The position numbers and the translations under genes were made by a program. DNA of 43,108 bases from a virus (Duplodnaviria; Caudoviricetes): positions 1 to 43,108 of the IMG/VR virus record IMGVR_UViG_3300003965_000020; one strand, written 5' to 3'. Under the pieces are notes generated by a model, which saw only the letters and a list, made by a program, of their open reading frames with translations, did no database searches and was not told where the DNA came from. Numbering within the stretch: the stretch's first letter is position 1; the number at the start of each line of letters is the position of its first letter. Positions 19,636 to 29,718 of this stretch are shown piece after piece.

Positions 19636-20661
19636 TCAGTTCGACGTGTGCAGGCGGATCGCCAGCCTCGGCCGCTTGTTCACCGGCAGGATCGAGGCCT
19701 CTGTCATCACGTCGATCCAGCGGCCCTTTTCGTCGAGATGCTGGCGGGCGTAGAGCGGCAGGCCAATGGTGTTGGCGGTTTCCAGAAGGTTCGCGGGGCC
19801 ACCATAGGTGGTGAAGGTGTCCATCGTCCCGAGCGGGAAAGCGATCCCTTCGTTCGCCGGGACCAGCCGTTCTGTGGTCTTGGTCGAGAGGGTGACGGTG
19901 CCCGAATACTCCTCGAACAGGATCCCGCCGAAGGGGAAGTTGCGGCGCACATCCTCGCGCAGCGGCTGGGCGCCGGTCGAGGCGTAGAACTTGTAGGCCT
20001 CTTCCGTCTTCGGATGGGCGATCAGCTTGTCGAAGAACTCGCGGCTGACCAGCGCATGGACGGAGGTCATGGCTTCGCCCAAGAGGTTGTCCTCGATGGC
20101 GCGCAGCACCTCGCGGACCTTGCCCTGCACGTTCGTGCCTGCGGTGCCCAGCACGAAGTCCACTGAAATCTGCGCCAGGCCGAATTCGGTGAAGTAGTTG
20201 TAGAGGGTGGTCCCGGCCCCGTCCTTCACGATGCCGCGCAGCGCGTTCATCTCCATGTATTCCCGCGTCTGGGCATGTTTGCGCCGCATGAGCAGCAGCT
20301 TGCGGTTCATCACCTCGACGAGGGGATCGGCCGCATCGAACGCGCCGCCCAGCGCGGGCTGGCCTTGGATGTCGGCGGGCAGGACCACGTCGTCATGCGG
20401 GATCCACGGCAAGGCAAAGCTGCGCATGGACCGGCCCTCGCGGGTGCCGACGGTGGCGGGGCCACCCAAGGGGACGGAGGGCAGCAGGCTCAGAACGCCT
20501 TCGTACTGCTCGATGATGATCGAGCGCTGGCTGACCCCTTCGAAGCGGAAGAGACCGATCTGGGCGAGGCGGGTGTAGAGGTTGGGCAGGATGTTGATGG
20601 CCTGCGTCATCTCGGCCAGCGAATAGCCGCCAGCGTCGAAGGGATTGCGGACGAGGGTCAT
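19636..20661 (-). CDS. Major capsid protein (lambda gpE family)
   Basis: 341 aa; 'LAEMTQAIN.LPN.Y', 'H..TREY....ALRG', 'LPVNKRP'. Confidence 0.9.
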   Translation of the reverse strand: MTLVRNPFDAGGYSLAEMTQAINILPNLYTRLAQIGLFRFEGVSQRSIIIEQYEGVLSLLPSVPLGGPATVGTREGRSMRSFALPWIPHDDVVLPADIQGQPALGGAFDAADPLVEVMNRKLLLMRRKHAQTREYMEMNALRGIVKDGAGTTLYNYFTEFGLAQISVDFVLGTAGTNVQGKVREVLRAIEDNLLGEAMTSVHALVSREFFDKLIAHPKTEEAYKFYASTGAQPLREDVRRNFPFGGILFEEYSGTVTLSTKTTERLVPANEGIAFPLGTMDTFTTYGGPANLLETANTIGLPLYARQHLDEKGRWIDVMTEASILPVNKRPRLAIRLHTSN

Positions 20662-20688
20662 GGGGATGCTCCGGGGGAATGAGGGGGA

Positions 20689-21069
20689 TCAGACGCCGTC
20701 GCGGGCGATGATGCCTGCGGCGGCCAGTTGGCCGATCTTGGTGGTGATCTTGGCCCCGTCATCGACGGTGGCGTCGTAGGCGAGAGCTGCGCGCGAGACG
20801 ATTGCGGGGCCACGGGCTAAGACGATGCCGGTGGCGTCCGCGAGGGTTGCGTCCACAGCATAGAGGAGAACAGCCGAGGCAGTCTGCGCGCCATCGGTGC
20901 CGCCGCTGGTTGCCAGCTTGAATTTGCCGCTGGCGGTGATGCGGCCGAGGACGGCGCCGACGGGATAGGGCATGCCCGCGAGCAGCGTCACCACTTCGCG
21001 GGTGTAGTTCGGGTTGACCTCATATTTGAGGACGTCGCCCATGCTGGGCGCTTCCGTCAGGACGGGCAT
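20689..21069 (-). CDS. Head decoration protein (gpD-like)
   Basis: 'YTRE.VTL.AG..Y.VGAVLGRITASGK'; between protease and capsid genes. Confidence 0.85.
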   Translation of the reverse strand: MPVLTEAPSMGDVLKYEVNPNYTREVVTLLAGMPYPVGAVLGRITASGKFKLATSGGTDGAQTASAVLLYAVDATLADATGIVLARGPAIVSRAALAYDATVDDGAKITTKIGQLAAAGIIARDGV

Positions 21070-21124
21070 GGTTCAGTCTCCAGGATTTTGGTGGGGGTGG
21101 GTCGCCCGATCCGGGCGGTGCGCG

Positions 21125-22438
21125 TCAGCGCGAGGCGGCAGCCGATTTCTTCGCGGCTGCGACGATGGGGCTTTCCTTCGCGCCCGCCGCAGGGGCGGTG
21201 GCGATGATGCCCGCGGCATCGCTGCGGGCCGCAAGATCGGCCAGCACCTTGGCGCGCAGCGCTTCCGGCTTCACGCCCTTGGCGACCGCGTCCGCGGCGT
21301 CAATCTGAATGCCGAGACGCGCGGCCTGTGCGCAAACTTGCGCGACCTCGGCCGCCTCGGCCCGGATCGCTTCGGGCGACATCGCGGCCGCCGCCGTCTG
21401 CGATGGTGCGAATGCCGTGGGCGGGGCCGGTTCCGGCGGGGTGCTGGCAGCAGGCGCGGTCGCAGGCTGCTCATGATCTTCGGGGGCGGTGGTCATCATC
21501 GGGCCCTTTCCTTTGGGGGTGGTTGTGCCGCGGGGAGCGGCGGCGAAGGTACGAAAAGCGGTGACAGGATCGGCCACCTCGTCGGCCAGACCGGCAAAGA
21601 CGGCCGCCTCGCCGCGGAAGACGGCGGCCTCGGTGCCCAGCGCTTGCAGGGTGTCGAGGCGACGGCCGCGCCCTTCGGCGACAGTTTCGGCGAAGAGCTG
21701 GCGCAGATCTTCCAACTCGCCCGCGATCCGGGCGCGGACGGCCTCGGGCAGGGGCTGGTAAGGGTTCGCATCGACCTTGCGCGCGCCCGCATGGATCAAC
21801 GTGACGGCGATCCCCTTCTGGTCGAGCGCCCCGCTCATGTCGCTGTGCATGGCGACGACACCGATGCTGCCGACAGCGCCGGTGCGGGGCAGGATGATCC
21901 GGTCGGCCTGGGAGGCCAGCGCATAGGCTGCGGACAGCGCGTGATCCGCGACGAAGGCACGGACTGGCTTCTGCGTCCGAGCGGCCCGGATACGATCCGC
22001 GAGGTCAAAGGCCCCCGCGACCTCGCCACCGAAGCTGTCGATATCGAGCGCAATGCCGCGGATGGCAGGATCGGCCAGCGCCGCCTGCAGCTGGGCGGCG
22101 ATCCCCTCGTAGGAGGTCAGGCCGGAGGATTGCCCGATCCAGGCCCCGCGATGCACCAGCGTGCCCGCGATCTCGATGACCGCGATCCCGTCCACGACGG
22201 CAAAAGGTTGGCCGCCGTTTCGCGTCTGGCGGTTGGTCAGGTCGTCGCCGAACAGCGAGCCCCGAGCGGGCAGGGTGGCTGCATGCTGATCATCGGCCAT
22301 GATCTCCAGCCCCTCGACGCTGATTTCCCTGCCGGTGATCCGGGGGCCAAGACCGGTCAGGAAGGCCAGCGCCTTGGCGGGATCGACCATCAGGGGCGTG
22401 TTGAAGACGCGCTGGGCGATCTGGGTGTGGTGCATCAT
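21125..22438 (-). CDS. S49 family head maturation protease with C-terminal scaffold region (gpC/Nu3-like)
   Basis: 'LDIDSFGGE', 'ALSAAYALAS', 'GSIGV'; internal 'MMTTAPE' after a purine-rich stretch suggests a nested scaffold start. Confidence 0.9.
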   Translation of the reverse strand: MMHHTQIAQRVFNTPLMVDPAKALAFLTGLGPRITGREISVEGLEIMADDQHAATLPARGSLFGDDLTNRQTRNGGQPFAVVDGIAVIEIAGTLVHRGAWIGQSSGLTSYEGIAAQLQAALADPAIRGIALDIDSFGGEVAGAFDLADRIRAARTQKPVRAFVADHALSAAYALASQADRIILPRTGAVGSIGVVAMHSDMSGALDQKGIAVTLIHAGARKVDANPYQPLPEAVRARIAGELEDLRQLFAETVAEGRGRRLDTLQALGTEAAVFRGEAAVFAGLADEVADPVTAFRTFAAAPRGTTTPKGKGPMMTTAPEDHEQPATAPAASTPPEPAPPTAFAPSQTAAAAMSPEAIRAEAAEVAQVCAQAARLGIQIDAADAVAKGVKPEALRAKVLADLAARSDAAGIIATAPAAGAKESPIVAAAKKSAAASR

Positions 22439-23946
22439 CCTTCCTCCGCGGGCCGGGGTGCCCGGTTCTCGCCGTCGTCATCCTGATCGTCGCTGTCCTG
22501 CTGTTCCTGCCGCTGGCCCTCGGCATCACCCGGCGCAGCGCCGCCACCCGCCGCCTGTGCGGGCGATCCGGGCCGCCGGAAGTCGAGACCCAGTTCCGCC
22601 TCGCGCTTGCGTTCGGCCGCGATTTCCCGGTCGACCTGTTCAGCGTCGTAGCCGCGTTCGGCGATGGCTTGCGTGCGGGATTTCAGGCCTGCTTCGATCT
22701 GCAGGATTTCCGCCGCGGCATCCTTGGCCGGGTCGATCCAGTCCCATTTCGTCGGAAGCCAGTCGCAGGCGAGCCAGGCTCGCCGGTCGCTGGCGTAACC
22801 CGGCAGGTCGATGGCGCCCGCCAGCACGGCCATGTCCATCCACCGCGTCCAGACGGCGCGGCAGAGTTGGTAGACCATCACCGAATGCTGGAAGGCCGAG
22901 ATGCGGCGGCGGAAGTCGACCAAGGCAATCCGCGTGTTCGAGAAGTTTCCCTTGGCGGTGTCACCGGTCAGATACCCATAGGGTACGCCCAGCGCCGCGC
23001 CGATCTGCAACAGCGTGCGATACTGGAAGGGTTCGTAGGTGGACCCGGAATCCGGCGTCGAAGGCGTAGTGACATCCTCGCCCGGGTCCAGCCGCACGAC
23101 TTGGCCGGGTTCCACCTCCAGATCGTCCTCGGCCGGGTCGAGGGCGGTTTCTGGCGCGGGCGAGGTGATGAACATCGCAAACATCGCCGCGGTCTTCTTC
23201 CGCTCCAGCTCCGCGTCGTCGTAGAGGTCGAGGGTGAAGAGTTTCACCACCGCTGCGGCAAAGCGCGACACGCCGCGCAACTGGCCCGCCTCGACAGGGT
23301 CGAGGATATGGATCACCTCGGACGCGGGTACGCGCACCGTCTCGCCCGCCAGCCCCGGATCGGTCATGTCCCCCGGATGGCGGCGCAGGAAATGGTAGGC
23401 GACGCGCCGCCCGATCTCGTCGAATTCGATGCCCTGCCGGATCGATCCCGCACCGGGCAGGACGCGGGTCATGTCCTGGGGCAGCATTTCTGACGGCAGC
23501 ATCTGCAGCTGCATCGGCACGGTCAGCCCGTCTTCCATCCTTCGCGTTCGGATGCGCAGCAACACCTCGCCCGCAAGGAAGACTTCGCGTGCCGCCCGCC
23601 GCTGCAGCCCGAAGAAGTCCGTTAGCCCCTCGGCATCAGCCTCGTCCGTCCAGGCAAGCCAGAGCTTCTGCAACTCCTCCTTCCGTGCCGCTTCCGCGAT
23701 CTTCGAGGACGGCTTGATTCCGTCGCCGACGACATGGTTCGCGAAGGCATCGACGGCGTTCGCGGCGTAGCCGTTGTTCCGAACCAGCCAGCGCGCGCGG
23801 GCGGTGATCGTCTCGCCCGAGGCCGCAATCAGCGTGTTCACGTGGGCCCGCGTGGCGCGGAACCCGCGCATGCGCCGATGGGACTGCGCCGCGTCAAACC
23901 CACCGATGATGGACCCGAGGCGAGCGCGGAAGGCGTCAAGGACCAT
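22435..23946 (-). CDS. Portal protein, lambda family
   Basis: 'ARARWLVRNNGYA', 'GQLRGV', 'WIDPAKD'. Confidence 0.92.
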   Translation of the reverse strand: MVLDAFRARLGSIIGGFDAAQSHRRMRGFRATRAHVNTLIAASGETITARARWLVRNNGYAANAVDAFANHVVGDGIKPSSKIAEAARKEELQKLWLAWTDEADAEGLTDFFGLQRRAAREVFLAGEVLLRIRTRRMEDGLTVPMQLQMLPSEMLPQDMTRVLPGAGSIRQGIEFDEIGRRVAYHFLRRHPGDMTDPGLAGETVRVPASEVIHILDPVEAGQLRGVSRFAAAVVKLFTLDLYDDAELERKKTAAMFAMFITSPAPETALDPAEDDLEVEPGQVVRLDPGEDVTTPSTPDSGSTYEPFQYRTLLQIGAALGVPYGYLTGDTAKGNFSNTRIALVDFRRRISAFQHSVMVYQLCRAVWTRWMDMAVLAGAIDLPGYASDRRAWLACDWLPTKWDWIDPAKDAAAEILQIEAGLKSRTQAIAERGYDAEQVDREIAAERKREAELGLDFRRPGSPAQAAGGGAAPGDAEGQRQEQQDSDDQDDDGENRAPRPAEEG

Positions 23947-23949
23947 CGG

Positions 23950-24162
23950 TCACAGACCCTTCGTGGCCACGGTGCCCCAGCGGCGGCGACGCGGGGTGGC
24001 CGAGGCGGTAGCAATCCGGCCTTCCAGATCCCGGATCGCGGCGGCCAGTTCGGCGTCCGAGCCATAAGTCACGGTCTTGCCGTCATAGCTGACGCTGCGC
24101 AGCCCGGCGAAGCGGGCTTCCTGCAGCGCGGTCAGCAGGGCCTGCATGCGTTCCAGGTCCAT
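23950..24162 (-). CDS. gpW-like head-tail joining protein
   Basis: 'G.RSVSYDGKTVTYGS..EL..AI..LE'. Confidence 0.8.
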   Translation of the reverse strand: MDLERMQALLTALQEARFAGLRSVSYDGKTVTYGSDAELAAAIRDLEGRIATASATPRRRRWGTVATKGL

Positions 24163-26213
24163 CAGTCCCTCATGAAGTTCGGGGTGTAGGCCCGCCGTTT
24201 CCGGCGCGGCGTGGTCAGGGTTCCAGCCTTGGGCTGGGCCGGGTCGGGTGTTGCAGTGTCGGTAGCGACGGCCACTGGCAGGCGGGTTTCGACGCCCGCC
24301 TGCGCCTCAAGCCGCCGCCAGGTAGCTTCGTCCCAGCGGTCAGCACCGAGGATCCAGGCGGCGGCGCGGGCGTAGACCCGGCAGTCCAGCGCCTCGTTCC
24401 GCTCGCGCATCTTCTGCCATTCCTGATGGGCATAGCCGCGCTTGTTGCGGATGGTGACCAGCTGTTCGGCCACCAGCTGCTTCAGCCATTCGGTGTCGGC
24501 CCAGCCGGGAAGGTGGATCTTGCCGGGGGCGTCCAGCACGCCCAGCGCACGTTCCTCGTCCGAGGGCCGTTCGATCCGCAGGAAGCGGTAGGTCTCCGCC
24601 TTGAACGTCGCGGTCGCCACCGACCAGAGCCGCGCGCCGCGGCGCAGACGCTTCCCGCCGATGGTGGCGTCGACGAAAGTTGGCCCAGACACGGGTGCCG
24701 ACCGGTTGAACCCTTCGAGGCCCTTCAGCGGCGCCACCTGTTCGAACCCGACCTTGCGCGACCAGGCATAGACCGCCGCGGCTTCGTATCCGGTGTCGAT
24801 GCCCAGCCGCGCCACAGTCATGAAGGCGCCATTGGCATGCTGCCACGACCTGCCGAGGAGGGCCGTCAGCTTGTCCCAGGCTTCTGGGGCGTCAGGCCCG
24901 CCCGGAATGACGATGTGATCAACCAGCCAACTTTCCAGACCCCGACCCCAGGCCCAGATATCGACCTCGATGCGGTCCCTCTGGACGTCCGCCCCGGCGG
25001 TCAGGAACAACCCCGCCATGGGCACCGTGCCTGGTTTCCAGGATTCACGCCGATCCGCCAGCCGCTGCCATTCCGGTGCGTCGCCGCTCTCGACCCATGT
25101 CTCGCCCAGAAGCGTGTTGCGCGCGGCGCGCAGCGTCTCGTCCGACCCCTGGGCCGCCAGCCATTCCCGCGCGACGTCGGACCAGCTTTTCCACCCGAGC
25201 GGCGAATAGAGCGCCGAGAGGTGGAAGCCGATGGCCTTTGGATCGGTCGCAACCGCCGTCGCCCGCCATTCGCCGCGGGCCAGAATCTCGGTCTTGTGGT
25301 GCTCGGCGATGGGGCGTTCGCAGCCTTCGCAATGATAGGCGGCGGTTTCCGGCTTCCCCTTCGCCCAGCGCAGCCGCTCGAACTGCAGCCATTGCATCGC
25401 CCCGCAATGCGGGCAGGGCACAAAGTAGCGCCGCTGGTCGGAGGCTTCGAATTCCCGCTCGATGCGCGACAACCCCCGGATCGTCGGGGTCGAGACCATG
25501 AACACCTTGCGCCGATGCGAGAAGGTGGTGGTCCGCGCCTCGGCCAGCGTGACCGGGTCGCCTTCCTCGTCGGCTGAGGCTGGATAGGCGTCGACCTCGT
25601 CCAGGAACACATAGCGCGCGGGCATCGACCGCAGGCCGGTGGCCGAATTGGCCCCGGTCAGGACCAGGATGCCGCCGGGGAATTCCTTCGACAGCATCGA
25701 ATTGCCCGCATCGCGGGATCGGGCCGGGTTCACCCGCTCGCGCAGCGCCGGGCTGTCCGCGATGAGGGGATCTAGACGGCCTCGTGACGTCCGCTTCGCC
25801 AGTTCGAGGCTCGGCAGCACCGCCAGCATTGGCCCCGGCGCATGGTGGATGACGAAGCCGATCCAGTTGTTGCCCGCTTCCGTGGCCCCGACCTGCGCGG
25901 CCTTCATGAAGGTGATGCGCTGGGCGGGATGGCCGGGCGAGAGCGCATCCATGATCTCGCGCAGATAAGGCGCGCGGGCGGTGCGATACCGCCCTGGCTC
26001 GGCCGCGCCGCGCGACGACAGCCAGCGATGTTGATCCGCCCATTCCGAAACCGTCAGGTCCGGGTCGGGGCGCAGCCCCTGTCGCCAGACCCGGAGCAGG
26101 TCCTCGGCCCCGTCGAAGCCGAGGTCGAGACCCGCGGTCAGGTCGTTGTCATCGTCCTCATCATGCAAGCGAGACCCGGAGGTCGGCGAGGGCGTCGAGC
26201 TGTTCGCGGACAT
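24162..26213 (-). CDS. Terminase large subunit (lambda gpA family); start may be TTG at 26168
   Basis: 'KAAQVGATE' Walker A, 'FLDEVD' Walker B, 'STPT', 'CPHC', 'NEALDCRVYA'. Confidence 0.95.
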   Translation of the reverse strand: MSANSSTPSPTSGSRLHDEDDDNDLTAGLDLGFDGAEDLLRVWRQGLRPDPDLTVSEWADQHRWLSSRGAAEPGRYRTARAPYLREIMDALSPGHPAQRITFMKAAQVGATEAGNNWIGFVIHHAPGPMLAVLPSLELAKRTSRGRLDPLIADSPALRERVNPARSRDAGNSMLSKEFPGGILVLTGANSATGLRSMPARYVFLDEVDAYPASADEEGDPVTLAEARTTTFSHRRKVFMVSTPTIRGLSRIEREFEASDQRRYFVPCPHCGAMQWLQFERLRWAKGKPETAAYHCEGCERPIAEHHKTEILARGEWRATAVATDPKAIGFHLSALYSPLGWKSWSDVAREWLAAQGSDETLRAARNTLLGETWVESGDAPEWQRLADRRESWKPGTVPMAGLFLTAGADVQRDRIEVDIWAWGRGLESWLVDHIVIPGGPDAPEAWDKLTALLGRSWQHANGAFMTVARLGIDTGYEAAAVYAWSRKVGFEQVAPLKGLEGFNRSAPVSGPTFVDATIGGKRLRRGARLWSVATATFKAETYRFLRIERPSDEERALGVLDAPGKIHLPGWADTEWLKQLVAEQLVTIRNKRGYAHQEWQKMRERNEALDCRVYARAAAWILGADRWDEATWRRLEAQAGVETRLPVAVATDTATPDPAQPKAGTLTTPRRKRRAYTPNFMRD

Positions 26214-26697
26214 GGGCTTCCAGCACCCTCTGCATGATCGCGGTCTCGATCGTCACCGATGCCCCGGATTGCCGTTCCACCTCCGCCATGATCTGCGCCG
26301 CCATCAGCGCGGCCACCCGTCCGGGCCAGGTGACCCAGACATCCCGTTCCTGCCGCGCAAGACGAAACACCAGCGTTTCCGCCCTAGCGCGGTCGACCAG
26401 TGTGCCCTTCTTCTTCTGGACCGCCAGCTGACGTTCCTGCGCCGCATAGACCGTCAGCGCCGTGCGGGCCTTGATGTAGGATGTCGTGTCGCCGGGGCCG
26501 CTGGCCAGCCCATCCCCGCCTAAGCTGCGGCGCTGCTGGTCCGGGTCCGTCGTTTCCGCCCGCCGAACGTCCGAGGCTCCGGCGTTGATCGACCCGTCGT
26601 CGTGGACCACCAGCCGCCCGTTCTTCCGCGCCTTCTGCACCCCGCCGCGAGACAGGCCGGAATAGGCCGCGTACTCGCGTTCGCTCATGCCTTTCAT
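26161..26697 (-). CDS. Terminase small subunit (Nu1-like)
   Basis: N-terminal HTH 'MSEREYA...GLSRGGVQKA', 'G.LVDR'; directly upstream of terL. Confidence 0.8.
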   Translation of the reverse strand: MKGMSEREYAAYSGLSRGGVQKARKNGRLVVHDDGSINAGASDVRRAETTDPDQQRRSLGGDGLASGPGDTTSYIKARTALTVYAAQERQLAVQKKKGTLVDRARAETLVFRLARQERDVWVTWPGRVAALMAAQIMAEVERQSGASVTIETAIMQRVLEAHVREQLDALADLRVSLA

Positions 26698-26813
26698 GGC
26701 GCAAAAATCCCGATCAAGCTTATGATATCGCTTGGTATTCAGTTGATTGGAGGGCGCGACAGAGCGAGTCTGATCGCGAGGAAACGATGCAACTCAGCGA
26801 AGGACGCCCCGCC

Positions 26814-27041
26814 ATGACCACCCGCCGCGCCGCCCCGAACGAGAAAGCCCTCGACGCCTTCATCGCCGCCAGGGCCGAGATCGACACCATGCTGGAGCGC
26901 CTGAAGGCCCTGAGCGACGACCACTTTGAGATCCACCCCGACGAGATCCATTGGGGCGATGTCGGGACGCTGAAGCACTACGCGGGCCTGCTGCGCCAGA
27001 TCACCGACAGCGCCTTCAAGGAAGGCGAACACGCCGTCTGA
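26814..27041 (+). CDS. Hypothetical phage protein
   Basis: 'ALDAFIA..AEID.ML.RL..LS.DHF...PDEI.WG.VG.L..YA' pattern; AAGGA RBS. Confidence 0.65.
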   Translation: MTTRRAAPNEKALDAFIAARAEIDTMLERLKALSDDHFEIHPDEIHWGDVGTLKHYAGLLRQITDSAFKEGEHAV

Positions 27042-27137
27042 CGCGCGCACTCGGCGCGATGGCCGCCCCGTCCGACGACGGGGCTTGCCTTCGTAGAAGG
27101 CGCGCACACCGCGCGCCACAGCGCCACGGAGGCCCCG

Positions 27138-27704
27138 ATGACCACCCCGTCCGACACCCAGTCCCTTATCCTGTCCCGCGCCGCGACCCGGCCCGGCAAT
27201 CTCGCCCTGCCGCTGCCCGAGGGGCTGGTGGGCGCCGCTGCCAAGATGGTCGTCGGCAAGATGATTGCCCGCGGCTGGCTTGAAGAGGTCGAGGCCAACC
27301 TGCGCCGCAGCGAGCCGATGTGGCGCGAGACCGGCGACGGCCACGGCACCACGCTGATCGCCACTGAGGCCGGGCTGGAGGCCATCGGGATCGAGCCGGT
27401 GGTGGCCAGCGCCGTCACCAGTGCGCGGAATGCGAAGCCGAAGCCGGAACCGGCGCAAACGCCTGACGACACCGACACCGCGAAACCCGTCGCCATCCGC
27501 GCTGGCACCAAGCAGGCGCAGATCATCGCCATGCTCCAGCGGCCCGAGGGGGCGACGGTCGCCGAGATGGTTGAGGCCACCGGGTGGCTGGCACATACCG
27601 TCCGCGGCTCGATCTCAGGAGCGCTGAAGAAGAAGATGGGTTTGCCCATCACTGCCGAAAAGGTGGAGGGCAGGGGGACGGTTTACAGGCTGAATCGCGA
27701 CTGA
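27138..27704 (+). CDS. DUF3489 domain (wHTH-like) protein
   Basis: 'RAGTKQAQIIAML.RPEGATV.E...ATGW..HTVRG.ISGALKKK.GL'. Confidence 0.85.
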   Translation: MTTPSDTQSLILSRAATRPGNLALPLPEGLVGAAAKMVVGKMIARGWLEEVEANLRRSEPMWRETGDGHGTTLIATEAGLEAIGIEPVVASAVTSARNAKPKPEPAQTPDDTDTAKPVAIRAGTKQAQIIAMLQRPEGATVAEMVEATGWLAHTVRGSISGALKKKMGLPITAEKVEGRGTVYRLNRD

Positions 27705-27750
27705 GGTTAAAACTGGCACCGGATGTTGGGCGAGCGAAGAATTTCAGAAA

Positions 27751-28338
27751 TCATCGCTGACCCTTAAGCTTCTGGTCATCTGGCCGCATCGCGAACCATT
27801 CCTTACGAATGGCTTCACGATGTGACTTTACAGCCTTCAGGGCGGCAGCTTCACCCCTGAGTTTGCGTTTCCCCGCCACGACACGCGGTTCAACTTCTAA
27901 AGAGATGTTGATCTTGCCATCTTGAAGCTGGACGGTCACATGCGGGAAGCCAGTGTGCTTGGACTCGTTAGGATAGATGAACATCCTGAAACCGGTCTCT
28001 TCTTGGACTTCTTTCTCATCAAGACGTACTGCTCCCTCACCCTCGAATGAAAGCGCCTCGACGAAACTGTTCAATAGATGTGCTTCAAGCTCACCTGACA
28101 TGGCCGTTGTCTCGCCATCGGGAAACGTAGTGTACGAACCCGCCTGACGTTCAACTGCAGCATCTACCTCAGTTGGGTCATATCCTGCGTCCTTCATCTG
28201 CTGTGCGGCAATCGGGTATGCCCGTAGCAGCGCCAGTGCCATGTCGTCGCCATTCTTGATATCTGGCGCGGCAAGTTTGCCGACGAGGCTAGCCAGATTC
28301 ATTTCGACGTTTGAATATTCGCGCAGGGCGTCGATCAT
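27751..28338 (-). CDS. Moron protein with C-terminal DUF4160-like (toxin-type) domain
   Basis: 'GFRMFIYPNE..H...PHVTV...I...W' pattern; lower GC than flanks. Confidence 0.55.
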   Translation of the reverse strand: MIDALREYSNVEMNLASLVGKLAAPDIKNGDDMALALLRAYPIAAQQMKDAGYDPTEVDAAVERQAGSYTTFPDGETTAMSGELEAHLLNSFVEALSFEGEGAVRLDEKEVQEETGFRMFIYPNESKHTGFPHVTVQLQDGKINISLEVEPRVVAGKRKLRGEAAALKAVKSHREAIRKEWFAMRPDDQKLKGQR

Positions 28339-28368
28339 TTTGGGCCATCTATGATTAGTTTCGAGAGC

Positions 28369-29718
28369 TTACTTTGAGCTTTCTGCGCCTCCGATGCTAG
28401 TCAGCACCGCCTTAAGATCTGTGGCGCTCTCCCACCGCCGTACGGCGACGTCGCAATAGAGTGGATCCAGTTCGACCGCGTAGCAGCGCCGCCCGGATCG
28501 TTCGGCCGCGATCAGTTGGGTTCCCGATCCGCAAAAAGGCTCGAACACCAGGTCGCCGGGATCGGTGAAGGCCTCCAGCACCGCCTCGACCAGCGCCACC
28601 GGGAACACGGCCGGGTGCGATCCGGCCGCGCCCAGCCCGCCCTTGTGGCGCATGATCCGGAACACAGAATCCGGGATGCGATGGCTCTGGATCGCGTTGC
28701 CGTAGCCGGTCTTGCGATGGACCGTGCCGTCGGCCCCGCGCAGGCCGCCGCCGCCGAGGATTTTGCCTGCGTGCTTGCTCTCGACCGTCTTGTTCGGCTT
28801 CCGCGGCTGGCGGTTGAAGTGGAAAATAAACTCGTGCGACGGCGCCAGCCGCCCATTCCAGTCGCCCGGCAGGCCCGGCCCCTGGTCCCAGACATACCAG
28901 CCGAACCGTCGCCAGCCTTGCGCGCGCATCCAGTCGACCCAGCCCTCCCAATACGGGATCCATTCGCCGTCGCGATGGACGAGGCCGAGGTTCACCAGCA
29001 GCTGGGCATCGGCGGTGACCGGCGCCGCGGCGAAGACGCCCTGCATCAGCGCATCCCAATCGCCGACCTTTTCCTTCGCCGCGCCATAGTCGCGCTGCTG
29101 GGCATAGGGTGGGGAGGTGAATATCAGCGAGGCCTGCGCCCCGTCCATCAGCCGCGCCACCGCGGCCGGGTCGGTGGCATCGCCGCAGATCAGCCGGTGA
29201 TCGCCTAGCGCCCAGATGTCACCGGGCCGGGTGATCGGCTCGGACGGGGCCTCGGGGATGGTGTCGGCAGCGTCATCGTCGATGGGCGCGCGGTCGTCGG
29301 CATCGTGCAGCAGAGCGTCGAGCTCTTCCTCCGGGATCCCAATCAGCCGGAGGTCGAAATCCTCGGCCATCAGCCCGCGCAACTCCTCGAGCAGAAGCGC
29401 CTCGTCCCACCCGCCCAGTTCGGTCAGCTTGTTGTCCGCGATCCGGTAGGCCCGCCGCTGTGCCTCGGTCAGATGGCCCAGCACGATCACCGGCGCCTTT
29501 GCCAGCCCGAGCTGGGCTGCGGCCAGGATGCGCCCATGGCCTGCGATCAACTCGCCATCCGCGGCGACGAGGCACGGGACGGTCCAGCCGAACTCCGCCA
29601 TGCTGGCCGCGATCTTCGCCACCTGGTCGGCGTCGTGGGTCTTGGCGTTTCGCACATATGGTCGGAGGCGGGCCAGCGGCCAGTGCTCGATCCGGCCAGG
29701 CAGGAAGGGCGCGCTCAT
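28369..29718 (-). CDS. ParB N-terminal domain + beta-class DNA amino-methyltransferase (SPPY, likely m4C)
   Basis: 'L.PY.RNA.TH...IAGHGR' ParB motif; 'FTSPPY'; 'HPAVFP'; 'EPFCGSGT'. Confidence 0.9.
   Translation of the reverse strand: MSAPFLPGRIEHWPLARLRPYVRNAKTHDADQVAKIAASMAEFGWTVPCLVAADGELIAGHGRILAAAQLGLAKAPVIVLGHLTEAQRRAYRIADNKLTELGGWDEALLLEELRGLMAEDFDLRLIGIPEEELDALLHDADDRAPIDDDAADTIPEAPSEPITRPGDIWALGDHRLICGDATDPAAVARLMDGAQASLIFTSPPYAQQRDYGAAKEKVGDWDALMQGVFAAAPVTADAQLLVNLGLVHRDGEWIPYWEGWVDWMRAQGWRRFGWYVWDQGPGLPGDWNGRLAPSHEFIFHFNRQPRKPNKTVESKHAGKILGGGGLRGADGTVHRKTGYGNAIQSHRIPDSVFRIMRHKGGLGAAGSHPAVFPVALVEAVLEAFTDPGDLVFEPFCGSGTQLIAAERSGRRCYAVELDPLYCDVAVRRWESATDLKAVLTSIGGAESSK

Noticed and set aside
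2746-26697. Gene transfer agent (RcGTA-like) cluster
   Set aside because: Head genes are lambda gpA/portal/S49/gpD/gpE type with a cos site, and replication and integration genes are linked
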